A stretch of 56,122 nucleotides of DNA from Candidatus Woesearchaeota archaeon (GTDB lineage Archaea; Nanobdellota; Nanobdellia; SCGC-AAA011-G17; JACQNH01), in contig JAHFIJ010000002.1 in assembly GCA_023246445.1 (NCBI GenBank), forward strand, positions 1 through 56,122. The letters run 5' to 3'. Of the stretch, positions 27,965-35,987 are shown piece after piece. The notes beneath the pieces were generated by a model. That model ran no database searches. It worked only from the letters and a program-made list of their open reading frames with translations, and was not told the DNA's origin. Each line of letters opens with the position of its first letter. The first letter of the stretch is position 1. A program made the position numbers and the translations under genes.

Positions 27965-28042
27965 AAATTTAGTTAGATTAGTGAATTAATAAAGATTTTG
28001 ATGATGCAAAAGATTTAAAAATTATATGTTATTTTTGAGATT

Positions 28043-28549
28043 ATGCGAACAAGATACGCCTCTACTAAACTGGAGGAAAGATTATTTAAACCACCTCATT
28101 GCAGCTTTATGTTCCAAAAAGAATTTTGGTCGAGGCATATAATACAGGGTATAACTTACGATATGGATGTGTTTTCGATTTATTTGATCAGGGTTGTTGC
28201 TTCGAAAGTTAGTGATCTTAATGTTTATGCTGTATTTGAGCCATCAGATGGGGGGAGTGACGATGGTCAATGGAGTTTATTTAACTCCGGAGAAGTTTAT
28301 AATATAGCGACAGATGCTTCCAGTAATATTAAGCTGGCTGAGCTATTCGTGCCTGATATTCTTTATGAAAAATATCCTAGGGAAATTGTTGATATCTTAC
28401 CAATTGAAGTTTTAGTTTCTACTATAAAATTTATTAGGTTTGGAATTCCGATAAAAGAACAATTACCACGTTTAAGTCTAGGACCTTATGATATTGCGAT
28501 TGGAAAGGTTGTTTTTGAAGTAAATGGCAAGGCTTTGTTAAGAAGGTAA
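28043..28549 (+). CDS. Hypothetical protein, paralog B of 27206-27691
   Basis: See 27206-27691. GC-richer coding sequence than neighbours. Confidence 0.55.
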   Translation: MRTRYASTKLEERLFKPPHCSFMFQKEFWSRHIIQGITYDMDVFSIYLIRVVASKVSDLNVYAVFEPSDGGSDDGQWSLFNSGEVYNIATDASSNIKLAELFVPDILYEKYPREIVDILPIEVLVSTIKFIRFGIPIKEQLPRLSLGPYDIAIGKVVFEVNGKALLRR

Positions 28550-28583
28550 TTTTATAAATGCGCTTCTTGATTCAATTGGTGTT

Positions 28584-28716
28584 GGGCCGGTAGTTCAGTC
28601 CGGTAGAATACTCCCATGGCATGGGAGGGGCCTCGGGTTCAAAAGAGTTTTCTTTAAAAAAGAAACCTCGTAAAGAAAGGTTGAAAGAAAGAAAGCTGAA
28701 AGTCCCGACCGGTCCA
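28584..28716 (+). tRNA. tRNA-Ala(GGC) with ~60-nt T-loop intron
   Basis: Acceptor GGGCCGG/CCGGTCC with the G3:U70 Ala identity pair, anticodon arm CTCCC-ATGGCAT-GGGAG, and T stem TCGGG (28633-28637)/CCCGA (28704-28708). The T-loop TTCAAA is interrupted at about 28644-28703. Confidence 0.85.
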
Positions 28717-28767
28717 TTCATTCATAAGGTTTTTAATTGAAATTGTTGAGGATGATTATTGATAAAA

Positions 28768-29109
28768 ATGTATAAATTGAGAAATTATTCTGAATATTCT
28801 GGGGATGAGATTGGTAGTTATGTATTTGGTTCTTTATTGGCAATTTATGCAACTATAGCATTTTATTTTTTTGTGCCTGGGTGTCATCCTACTCATAAAG
28901 ATGAGGGGGATATACGTCGCAGATCTATTCCTGTAAGAGAAAGATCTGAGCTGGTTCCTGTAGAAGATAAACAACTTAAATTAGAACAAAGAACTGTGCC
29001 AAAAGAAAAGCAGAAAAAAGCTCCTCCATCAAAGCCAATTCCAAATAATTATTTTAAAGAGTCTATTAAAGAGGCATTAGCAATTAGCGGAATTGAGTCT
29101 AGACTTTGA
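28768..29109 (+). CDS. Hypothetical membrane-anchored protein
   Basis: One TM (VFGSLLAIYATIAFYFFV) followed by a charged, Pro/Lys-rich tail. Confidence 0.45.
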   Translation: MYKLRNYSEYSGDEIGSYVFGSLLAIYATIAFYFFVPGCHPTHKDEGDIRRRSIPVRERSELVPVEDKQLKLEQRTVPKEKQKKAPPSKPIPNNYFKESIKEALAISGIESRL

Positions 29110-29146
29110 TAGAAAATTATTTAAGTCAGTTTGATAGAACATTTGT

Positions 29147-29545
29147 ATGGAAAATTGTATTTTTTGTAAGATTATTAAAGGCGAGATTCCCTGCAGTAAG
29201 GTATATGAGGATAGTAAAATTTTAACATTTTTAGATATAAATCCTGTTAATCAAGGGCATTTATTAGTTATTCCAAAAAAACATTATAAAATGATGACTG
29301 ATGTTCCTGAAGATGTTTTAAGCTATGTATTTGTTAAATCAAAAAAATTAATGATTGTTATTAAGGATGTTATGAAAGCAGATTATGTAGCTGTTGCTGT
29401 TGTTGGTGTAGATGTGCCTCATTTTCATGTTCATTTAGTTCCAAGGTATTTTAATGATGGAATGGCAAATCTCTGGCCTACTAAAAAATATAAAGATAAT
29501 GAAATGCAGGAAGTAGCTGAAAAACTAAGAAAAGCTGTTTTTTGA
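29147..29545 (+). CDS. HIT-family nucleotide hydrolase/transferase
   Basis: CIFCKII... and the histidine triad HFHVHLVP. Confidence 0.88.
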   Translation: MENCIFCKIIKGEIPCSKVYEDSKILTFLDINPVNQGHLLVIPKKHYKMMTDVPEDVLSYVFVKSKKLMIVIKDVMKADYVAVAVVGVDVPHFHVHLVPRYFNDGMANLWPTKKYKDNEMQEVAEKLRKAVF

Positions 29546-29589
29546 AACCCAATATTTTTTAAATGCTGTTAATCTGATATTTTTTATAA

Positions 29590-29664
29590 GTCTCGGTAGC
29601 TCAGCATGGCTAGAGCACGGGTTTCATAAGCCCGGGGTCGAGAGTTCAAATCTCTCCCGAGACA
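29590..29664 (+). tRNA. tRNA with CAU anticodon (elongator Met or Ile2), intron-less
   Basis: GTCTCGG-TA-GCTC...GAGC-A-CGGGT-TTCATAA-GCCCG-GGGTC-GAGAG-TTCAAAT-CTCTC-CCGAGAC-A. Confidence 0.9.
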
Positions 29665-29681
29665 GTCTAAAATAAGAAAAA

Positions 29682-29972
29682 TTATTTACGTTTTAAAGTT
29701 ATTTCTAAGGTTGAGACACGAATATTACGGCCTTCCTGACTTTTGAATTCTTCACTGTTGGTTTTAATGTCTTTAATTTCTATTTGCCTATCTAAAAACC
29801 TTTTAGTTGTTACTTCTGCCACATCTATTGCCCTGTTCATGAATTTTCCTCTAGATTTTATAATTACTTCATTTGCATTTTGTGTGGTAAACTGCATAAC
29901 TACACTTGTGATATAATTCATGAATGGTTTACCGCCAATAAAAACAACGTTGTCTGGTTTGTTTTCTGCCAT
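29682..29972 (-). CDS. albA: DNA/RNA-binding protein Alba
   Basis: NVVFIGGKPFMNYITSVVMQF...IIKSRGKFMNRAIDVAEV. Confidence 0.9.
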   Translation of the reverse strand: MAENKPDNVVFIGGKPFMNYITSVVMQFTTQNANEVIIKSRGKFMNRAIDVAEVTTKRFLDRQIEIKDIKTNSEEFKSQEGRNIRVSTLEITLKRK

Positions 29973-30036
29973 TTTGCCCCTTTAGAATTTAAAAATTGGT
30001 TTTATTAATTAAAAATATTATTTATTCTGATATGGA

Positions 30037-30363
30037 TTATCTTCTACCTCTATCTCTACTTTCTCTAGGGTTTCTTCTTTCCCTGGAATCCCTATCACCT
30101 CTATCTCTGCCTTCTGAGTATTCTTTTCTCTTTGGTTTTTTAGCAGGCAGCTCTCCTCTTAATATTTTTTCTTCTATTATATCCTGTTTTTTTAATCTAG
30201 TGATATAACCTGCTACTATATTCTTAATTTTTTTTGATGGGACAATGGCTAATTCATTAACCAGCTTTTTATTTGTTTCGAAGTCTGTAGTTAGCCTGTC
30301 TTTGAAACTCTTCATTAAAGTATTCGCCGACCTTTTGATTTTCGCTGTTTTTATTCTACCCAT
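30037..30363 (-). CDS. rps17e: Ribosomal protein eS17 with R/D/E/S-rich C-terminal tail
   Basis: MGRIKTAKIKRSANTLM...DFETNKKLVNELAIVPSKKIKNIVAGYITRLKK, then ...EGRDRGDRDSRERRNPRESRDRGRR. Confidence 0.88.
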   Translation of the reverse strand: MGRIKTAKIKRSANTLMKSFKDRLTTDFETNKKLVNELAIVPSKKIKNIVAGYITRLKKQDIIEEKILRGELPAKKPKRKEYSEGRDRGDRDSRERRNPRESRDRGRR

Positions 30364-30414
30364 GTCCTTTGTGTCTTTCGTAATATATTTAAAGCTTTCC
30401 CATATTTTTAATCT

Positions 30415-31080
30415 ATGAAAAAGATGTGGTTTATTTTGGCTGTATTGCTAATTTTGGGATGGAATTGGAATACTCACAAAGGGGTTGTTAGAAGCAGTTT
30501 TAATCAGTTTCCCGATGAATTAAAGAGTAAGTTAAGCCTACCATTAATGGAAGATGGAAGTTTAAGACCTGATAAAGATTTTAAGGATTTTACTAATCAT
30601 TCCTACCCTAAATCTATAAAAGCAATTAATTACTGGTTTAATATATCTAAAAATGCTTATTTGAACAGAGACTATAAAGAAGCTTCAATATCTTTTGGAA
30701 TTGCTTCACATTATTTATCTGATTCCTTAGCAGCACCACATTCTGTTTCCAATGAAGATTATGAGGATCATAAGCAATATGAGGATCAGGCTTTAGTAGA
30801 ATTTAAGGTTAAATGCAGCGACATAAATTTAGAAGTTGAGATTAGCAATTATTATCAAGAAAAGAAACTTGAATGGGCGGAATGGCTAAAAAATAAAGAT
30901 GCAAAATATCCTGAAGAATCCTCCAGTGAAGCTGCAAATCTGGTTTATAGTGCTGGGTTGCAATTGTTTGAGATTAAATGTGAAAATAAAATTGAGGAAA
31001 AGAAAAATTATTATTGGATTTTAATTTTGGGGTTGATTTTAATTTTTATTATTGCATATTGTTTTCGTAGATATTTCTAA
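30415..31080 (+). CDS. Zinc-dependent phospholipase C / S1-P1 nuclease superfamily-like protein, C-terminal TM
   Basis: The signal peptide ends in GWNWNTHK (Trp/His near the mature N-terminus, as in this superfamily). Also HYLSDSLAAPH and DHKQYED. Confidence 0.5.
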   Translation: MKKMWFILAVLLILGWNWNTHKGVVRSSFNQFPDELKSKLSLPLMEDGSLRPDKDFKDFTNHSYPKSIKAINYWFNISKNAYLNRDYKEASISFGIASHYLSDSLAAPHSVSNEDYEDHKQYEDQALVEFKVKCSDINLEVEISNYYQEKKLEWAEWLKNKDAKYPEESSSEAANLVYSAGLQLFEIKCENKIEEKKNYYWILILGLILIFIIAYCFRRYF

Positions 31081-31888
31081 ATAATAATAATCTATTTTGG
31101 GATAGAAACTTTTCAGCTTTCTTTGTTAATTTTCCATTTGTTAAAAATAAGACTGGAGATTTTTTTTCATTGCTTAAATTTAATGCTAGGCTTAAATCTG
31201 AGTCACTTATGGATGGTTTTTTCTTTGCCTTTATATAAAGATTGACATTGCCCAGGTTAGTCTGCATTGAAGATTCAAATTCCAAATCTGAGTTTTTTCG
31301 GATTATAATCTTGTTTGAAGCTTTTAAATTGTTTTTGGCTAGGTATTCCAAGACTTCATTTTCAAAATTTGATGGAGATCTTCTTTTTGGCTCTTTTATC
31401 GGTGTTTTTTCTTGTATACTATCTTCTTTAATAGGTTTTTCCTGAGACATAAATTTGTTAATTATGTTTACTGCTTCATTTTCTTCGAATAGATACCACC
31501 TCCAAAATATTTCTTCTTTGCTGTTATTCAGAACTTTAATAGGAACTGTGAAGTCTGAAATTTCTCTTAATGCTACTCTCTGCCATGGCTCTATTGAGGT
31601 ATCCCTTAAAATTTTGTTTTCCTGAAGCAAAAGAGCAACTTCTTTTGGCCTTTGAGGCAGATAACTAATAAAATTTGTTAGTTTTTCTTCCTGTCCTGGA
31701 GTGTAATATAATGGAGAGGTGCCAATTTTAAGAAATTTAGTAACCTTTAATTTTTTATTTGCAACTAATTCTGATAAATACGCTGAGGCCATTAGAATTT
31801 CAATTTTGAAATTTCTAGCTACTGAAACAGGTATTAAAGGCCCATTTGTTAATACAAACTGATAGACGTCTTCTTTTAGATTTATCAT
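31049..31888 (-). CDS. Hypothetical: N-terminal wHTH-like repeats plus C-terminal Mrr-cat-like (PD-(D/E)xK) domain
   Basis: The C-terminus FENEVLEYLAKNNL...NSDLEF...LYIKAKKK...VLFLTNGKLTKKAEKFL follows the restriction-endonuclease-fold pattern. Confidence 0.4.
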   Translation of the reverse strand: MINLKEDVYQFVLTNGPLIPVSVARNFKIEILMASAYLSELVANKKLKVTKFLKIGTSPLYYTPGQEEKLTNFISYLPQRPKEVALLLQENKILRDTSIEPWQRVALREISDFTVPIKVLNNSKEEIFWRWYLFEENEAVNIINKFMSQEKPIKEDSIQEKTPIKEPKRRSPSNFENEVLEYLAKNNLKASNKIIIRKNSDLEFESSMQTNLGNVNLYIKAKKKPSISDSDLSLALNLSNEKKSPVLFLTNGKLTKKAEKFLSQNRLLLFRNIYENNMQ

Positions 31889-31920
31889 TAGAGGCAGAAT
31901 TGTTTATGGGTTTTTTAAGG

Positions 31921-31967
31921 TTTATTGCACTGCATAGCTAAGGTCTTTTCCAGGCAATTTCATAATA
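31921..31967 (-). repeat. Orphan copy of endA 3' end (last 9 codons, stop, 17 nt)
   Basis: 43/47 identical to 33367-33413 and still encodes YYEIAWKRP-stop. Lies 33 nt upstream of the 31049-31888 start codon. Confidence 0.8.
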
Positions 31968-32073
31968 AAAAGCTATTTATCTCTGTAACCAAATTTTTTA
32001 TTATATGCCTGGTGATCTGCAATATCCAAGATAAAAGCGATTATTTCTATTTCTTCATTATTAGTTAAAGTTA

Positions 32074-32832
32074 TCAAGCATTTAACAAGCAATCAACTGC
32101 CGCATCCATTAATTTATTTAAGGTTTGTTTAACTTGTTTCGCATTAAATTGAGGATCCCATTTGTCTTCTCCTAGAATATCTGATACTACAAATGCAGCA
32201 GCAATTTTAACTTTTCTTAATTTGGCAACACTAAACAGAGCAGATGCTTCCATTTCCACTGTTTTCACATCTTGTTTCTTATAATGTTTAACTTCTGTTT
32301 TTGTTTCTCTATAAGGTGCGTCTATTGTCCATGTTGTCCCTTGTTGAAAATTAAGACCTTGCTTTTTTATTGATTTTTTTAATTTTTCTGTCAGATTTTT
32401 ATTTGGATATGAATATTTACTATGTGGAAAGTAATGATAGCTCGTTCCTTCATCTCTAATTGCTTTATCGCATAAGAATACTCCAAAGCCTTGTAGGCCG
32501 CCAGCAGAACCTATATTTAGAAATTCTTTTCCTCCTAATGCAATCAATTCCTCTATAACTGTTGTTGCATGTGGTGAACCTATTCCAGTCATCAAAACTA
32601 CTCCGATATCTTTATACTGATGAATTGTTATCAATCTATAATAATTTATTTTTTTTGAGTTGAACTTCTTTCTAAAATATTTTAGAATCTTTGGGTAATA
32701 AATTAAGATATACTTTGTAGGCTTTTTAACTGGGCTTTTCTTTATCTTCTTCCAGTTAACATAATCTTCTGGATTAAATAGAGCTGCTTCAGCATGTTTA
32801 TTCTTGTATTGTGGATATACCATAATAATCAA
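32074..32832 (-). CDS. Nucleoside phosphorylase (PNP/UDP-1 family)
   Basis: GIGSPHATTVIEELIALG and VEMEASALF. Confidence 0.8.
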   Translation of the reverse strand: MIIMVYPQYKNKHAEAALFNPEDYVNWKKIKKSPVKKPTKYILIYYPKILKYFRKKFNSKKINYYRLITIHQYKDIGVVLMTGIGSPHATTVIEELIALGGKEFLNIGSAGGLQGFGVFLCDKAIRDEGTSYHYFPHSKYSYPNKNLTEKLKKSIKKQGLNFQQGTTWTIDAPYRETKTEVKHYKKQDVKTVEMEASALFSVAKLRKVKIAAAFVVSDILGEDKWDPQFNAKQVKQTLNKLMDAAVDCLLNA

Positions 32833-32922
32833 TAAATAAAGTTCAAATAAAAAGCTTTCTGAACCAATAAAAAGGTGACACTTACTTTACAGCTTCTTTG
32901 GATAAAATAATACGGACTATCT

Positions 32923-33201
32923 TCATAATTCTATTCCTTCAAGAATTGCTTTTTTTAAGTTTGGATTTGTGTTGTCAATCCAAGTTATTCCCTTTAGCGT
33001 CACGGCGATTTTGTTGCTTTTTTCTAAATATCCAAGAATCAACATCAGCGTATTGTGGTTTACTTTTCTTGGTAACTTCCTTTTGAGTTCGGCTATAGAA
33101 ATGATACTATCATTCATTTTTTTTAAAGTATCTTCTACCATAATAACTGTGTTTAATGTTGCCCAATGAACTTTTTTCTCTCTGAGGTTTATTAGTGCCA
33201 T
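32923..33201 (-). CDS. Small wHTH-like protein (92 aa)
   Basis: IISIAELKRKLPRKVNHNTLMLILGYLEKSNKIAV. Size and pattern resemble small wHTH proteins of archaeal plasmids and viruses. Confidence 0.45.
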   Translation of the reverse strand: MALINLREKKVHWATLNTVIMVEDTLKKMNDSIISIAELKRKLPRKVNHNTLMLILGYLEKSNKIAVTLKGITWIDNTNPNLKKAILEGIEL

Positions 33202-33366
33202 TTTAATATCTTTTAGTTATAGGTTAATAATTATTAGATATTAATGCATATTTAAAGCTTTCTATTTATTTTACCATACGATCAATGGTAAACTGGCTTA
33301 TAAAACTAGTGCGAAATAATTTCCGGACACTACAAAGAACAAAATTGGCTCCTTTTAACTTAACAA

Positions 33367-33413
33367 TTCATTGCGCTACATAGCTATGGTCTTTTCCAGG
33401 CAATTTCATAATA
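33367..33413 (-). repeat. endA 3' end, repeat copy attached to the intact gene
   Basis: Partner of 31921-31967. Confidence 0.8.
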
Positions 33414-33968
33414 GGTGCATGATCCTTCTTCGTCAACAATAGCCATTAGCAATCTTTTTCTTGTTGAGTGGGCTACACGATTTTTAGCTGCGAATTCATA
33501 CCATGTTAAAGTTTCTGTTTCATGAACAGGGTAAACAATCCATTTGGCATGATCTTCACCTGGTTTAATGCCTCTATCATAAACCCTAAAGTCTGCACCG
33601 AATTTTAGAGCTGTTTTGACTATATAGCCCCTATTTCTTAGATCTGAATAGGCACAATAACGAACCCAGAATTTAGGCTCTACTTTTGTTGCTTTTTTAA
33701 TGTAATTATCTGAGTTTAATTCTGTTTTACCATCTTTTATAATCATTTTCCCACGCTCAATTAAATGCAGGGCTTCAACCAAGGCATATTGCATTTTACC
33801 TTTAATTGGCTCTCCATATCTGCCTTGATCATAAAATAGCCTTGAAACCTGAGAATCAGGAGCTAAAACTCTTTCTCTGGATAGTTCAGCTAGGATTTTT
33901 TCTTCAGTTTCGGGCAGCTTCTCAACTGCTTCTGAAACTACGATTTTTGCTTTTTCTTCTTTTGCCAT
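33384..33968 (-). CDS. endA: tRNA-splicing endonuclease EndA (194 aa)
   Basis: RNRGYIVKTALKFGADFRVY, HAKWIVYPV and STRKRLLMAIVD. ATG at 33968 (MAKEEK); the longer track ORF overlaps the rnz promoter. Confidence 0.88.
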   Translation of the reverse strand: MAKEEKAKIVVSEAVEKLPETEEKILAELSRERVLAPDSQVSRLFYDQGRYGEPIKGKMQYALVEALHLIERGKMIIKDGKTELNSDNYIKKATKVEPKFWVRYCAYSDLRNRGYIVKTALKFGADFRVYDRGIKPGEDHAKWIVYPVHETETLTWYEFAAKNRVAHSTRKRLLMAIVDEEGSCTYYEIAWKRP

Positions 33969-34036
33969 TATGGGACATAAACAAAAACTATTTAAAAAGC
34001 CTTTCTTTTGAAAAAGGAAACTATAGAGAGAAAAAA

Positions 34037-34948
34037 ATGATAAAATTAACATTTTTAGGAACGTCTTCGCAGATACCGACTGTTGAAAGGAATCATACGG
34101 CAATCTTTCTTAATTATCAAAGTGGCAAAAGCAATGAAAATATATTAGTAGACTGCGGAGAAAATACTCAAAGACAAATGAGGATTATGAAGATTTCTCC
34201 TAATAGCCTGGATAAGATATTTTTAACACATTGGCATGGAGATCATACATTAGGATTACCCGGATTAATACAAACTTTAAATGCACATGATTATAATAAA
34301 ATTCTTGAAATTTATGGCCCTAAGGGGATTAAGAAATATTTTGAGTTAATGCTGAAGGCTTTTTTATTAGAGAAGAAAATAAATTTTAGAATTCATGAGG
34401 TTGAAAAGGGAGGGATAGTATATGAAAGTGATGATTTTAAGATAGAGGCTAGTTTTATGGATCATACTGCTCCTTGTTTAGGATACAGCTTTGTTGAAAA
34501 AGACCGAAGAAGGATTAATATGAATTATCTGAAAAAAATGAATATAAAACCCGGACCAATATTAAAAAATCTACAAGAAGGGAGAAATATTAAAGTAAAT
34601 GGAAAATTAATAAGTGTTAAGAAGGCTACGAATTTAGTTAAAGGCAAGAAGGCTACAATAATATTAGATACAAGATTAAATAAGAATATTGAGAGATTAA
34701 GCAAAAATTCTGATGTTTTGGTTATTGAAAGCACTTTTTCCAGTGAATTAGAAGATAAGGCTCGTGAGTATAGGCATTTAACTTCTATTCAGGTGGGTAA
34801 GATTGCCAAGAAATGCAGAGTTAAAAGATTAGTATTGACACATATATCCCAGAGGTATGAGAATAATTTAGATATTTTATTGAGTGAGACCAAAAAAATA
34901 TTTAAAGAGAGCTTATTGGCAAAAGATTTTATGATTTTGGAGATTTAA
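34037..34948 (+). CDS. rnz: Ribonuclease Z (tRNA 3' processing)
   Basis: MIKLTFLGTSS and HWHGDHTLGLPG (HxHxDH). ATG at 34037; the track ORF start 33806 is an upstream extension. Confidence 0.9.
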   Translation: MIKLTFLGTSSQIPTVERNHTAIFLNYQSGKSNENILVDCGENTQRQMRIMKISPNSLDKIFLTHWHGDHTLGLPGLIQTLNAHDYNKILEIYGPKGIKKYFELMLKAFLLEKKINFRIHEVEKGGIVYESDDFKIEASFMDHTAPCLGYSFVEKDRRRINMNYLKKMNIKPGPILKNLQEGRNIKVNGKLISVKKATNLVKGKKATIILDTRLNKNIERLSKNSDVLVIESTFSSELEDKAREYRHLTSIQVGKIAKKCRVKRLVLTHISQRYENNLDILLSETKKIFKESLLAKDFMILEI

Positions 34949-35735
34949 GATCTTTGAATTTAAAAAATATATAAGTGTCGGGCCATGTGGTTAAAATAAC
35001 AGCTAATAAGAGATTTATAATCCCATGAGTATTCCCTGAAAATATTAAAGAGAGTAAGTAAGAGATTAATGAGAATAATGCTATTGTAATAATTAAGGCG
35101 ATTACTGTTTTTATTAATTCTTTTTTGTTGCTTTTAAAGAGGTTATAGCTGTAAGAGAATGCTTTTTTCCCCTTAAGGCCTTTTAAGAATATAGCGGGAT
35201 ATGTGTTCAAGGTTGATAAGGCAATAATGATAACCGCTAATATGATAAAGAAAATGAAAAAATAACCATTTAATTCCAAAGCATTGTTCTTTGTAAAATT
35301 TGCAAATTGTAATAAGATAGAGACTATTACTAATAGCGTTGTTAATAAACTGATTGTTACAGAATATAAAAGGAATATCAATACTTTTGTTAATAATACA
35401 CTTTTGAAATTATTTATTCCTGATTTTAAGTCTTTCATTATGCTTATTTTATTGTTTGAAATTGCCTGTTTAATATAACCTAATCTTAGTGATTTTGTAA
35501 ATGCAGTAATTATGAAGTTGATAATGAAGAAAATTGTTATTGCAGGATATGTTGCTTTTACTGTTTCTATTAGGGAGGATAACTGATCTATTGGCTGTTT
35601 ACTTAAAGTTAAATTGGCAAAGTAAAATGTTAAGAGGAATAATAAATATATAATTATAAATTCTACTATTGTAGGCAGGAATATTGAAATATTCTTAAAT
35701 AATATTGACCAGCTTTTTTTGTAAGTTTCTAACAT
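34929..35735 (-). CDS. Polytopic membrane protein, unknown function
   Basis: Six or more hydrophobic helices. No family recognised. Confidence 0.55.
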   Translation of the reverse strand: MLETYKKSWSILFKNISIFLPTIVEFIIIYLLFLLTFYFANLTLSKQPIDQLSSLIETVKATYPAITIFFIINFIITAFTKSLRLGYIKQAISNNKISIMKDLKSGINNFKSVLLTKVLIFLLYSVTISLLTTLLVIVSILLQFANFTKNNALELNGYFFIFFIILAVIIIALSTLNTYPAIFLKGLKGKKAFSYSYNLFKSNKKELIKTVIALIITIALFSLISYLLSLIFSGNTHGIINLLLAVILTTWPDTYIFFKFKDLKSPKS

Positions 35736-35818
35736 GAATTTGATTATTTCCTGTGTTTTATAAATGTTACTATAGATTATGAAATTGAAAATAAAAAAAG
35801 AAAAAGTTTAAATTAAAA

Positions 35819-35878
35819 TTATCTTCGTCTCTTCTTTTTAGAAGACGCCTTCTTTGCTTTCCTCTTCTTTGCTGCCAT
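35819..35878 (-). CDS. 19-aa polybasic micro-ORF (eL41-like composition?)
   Basis: MAAKKRKAKKASSKKKRRR. ATG lies 5 nt after GAGGTGA. Confidence 0.3.
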   Translation of the reverse strand: MAAKKRKAKKASSKKKRRR

Positions 35879-35987
35879 ATTATCACCTCTTAATTTTTTA
35901 TTTCCTAAATTTTAAAATTAGGATAAATATATGATGTAAAACGCATTTAAATAGCTTTCTGTTTTGAAATTTTTAATAGTTATCACT

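Larger units (their letters stand above)
31968..33413. mobile_element. Putative integrated cassette 3 (cargo plus endA-restoring repeat)
   Basis: 1446-bp unit bounded by 47-nt direct repeats. Cargo is a nucleoside phosphorylase and a 92-aa wHTH-like protein. Confidence 0.4.

Noticed and set aside
33806-34103. Long N-terminal extensions of the rnz (from 33806) and endA (to 34103) track ORFs, which overlap each other
   Set aside because: Conserved protein starts (MIKLTFLGTSS at 34037, MAKEEK at 33968) give normal-length proteins and a clean divergent spacer. The extensions are hydrophobic junk.
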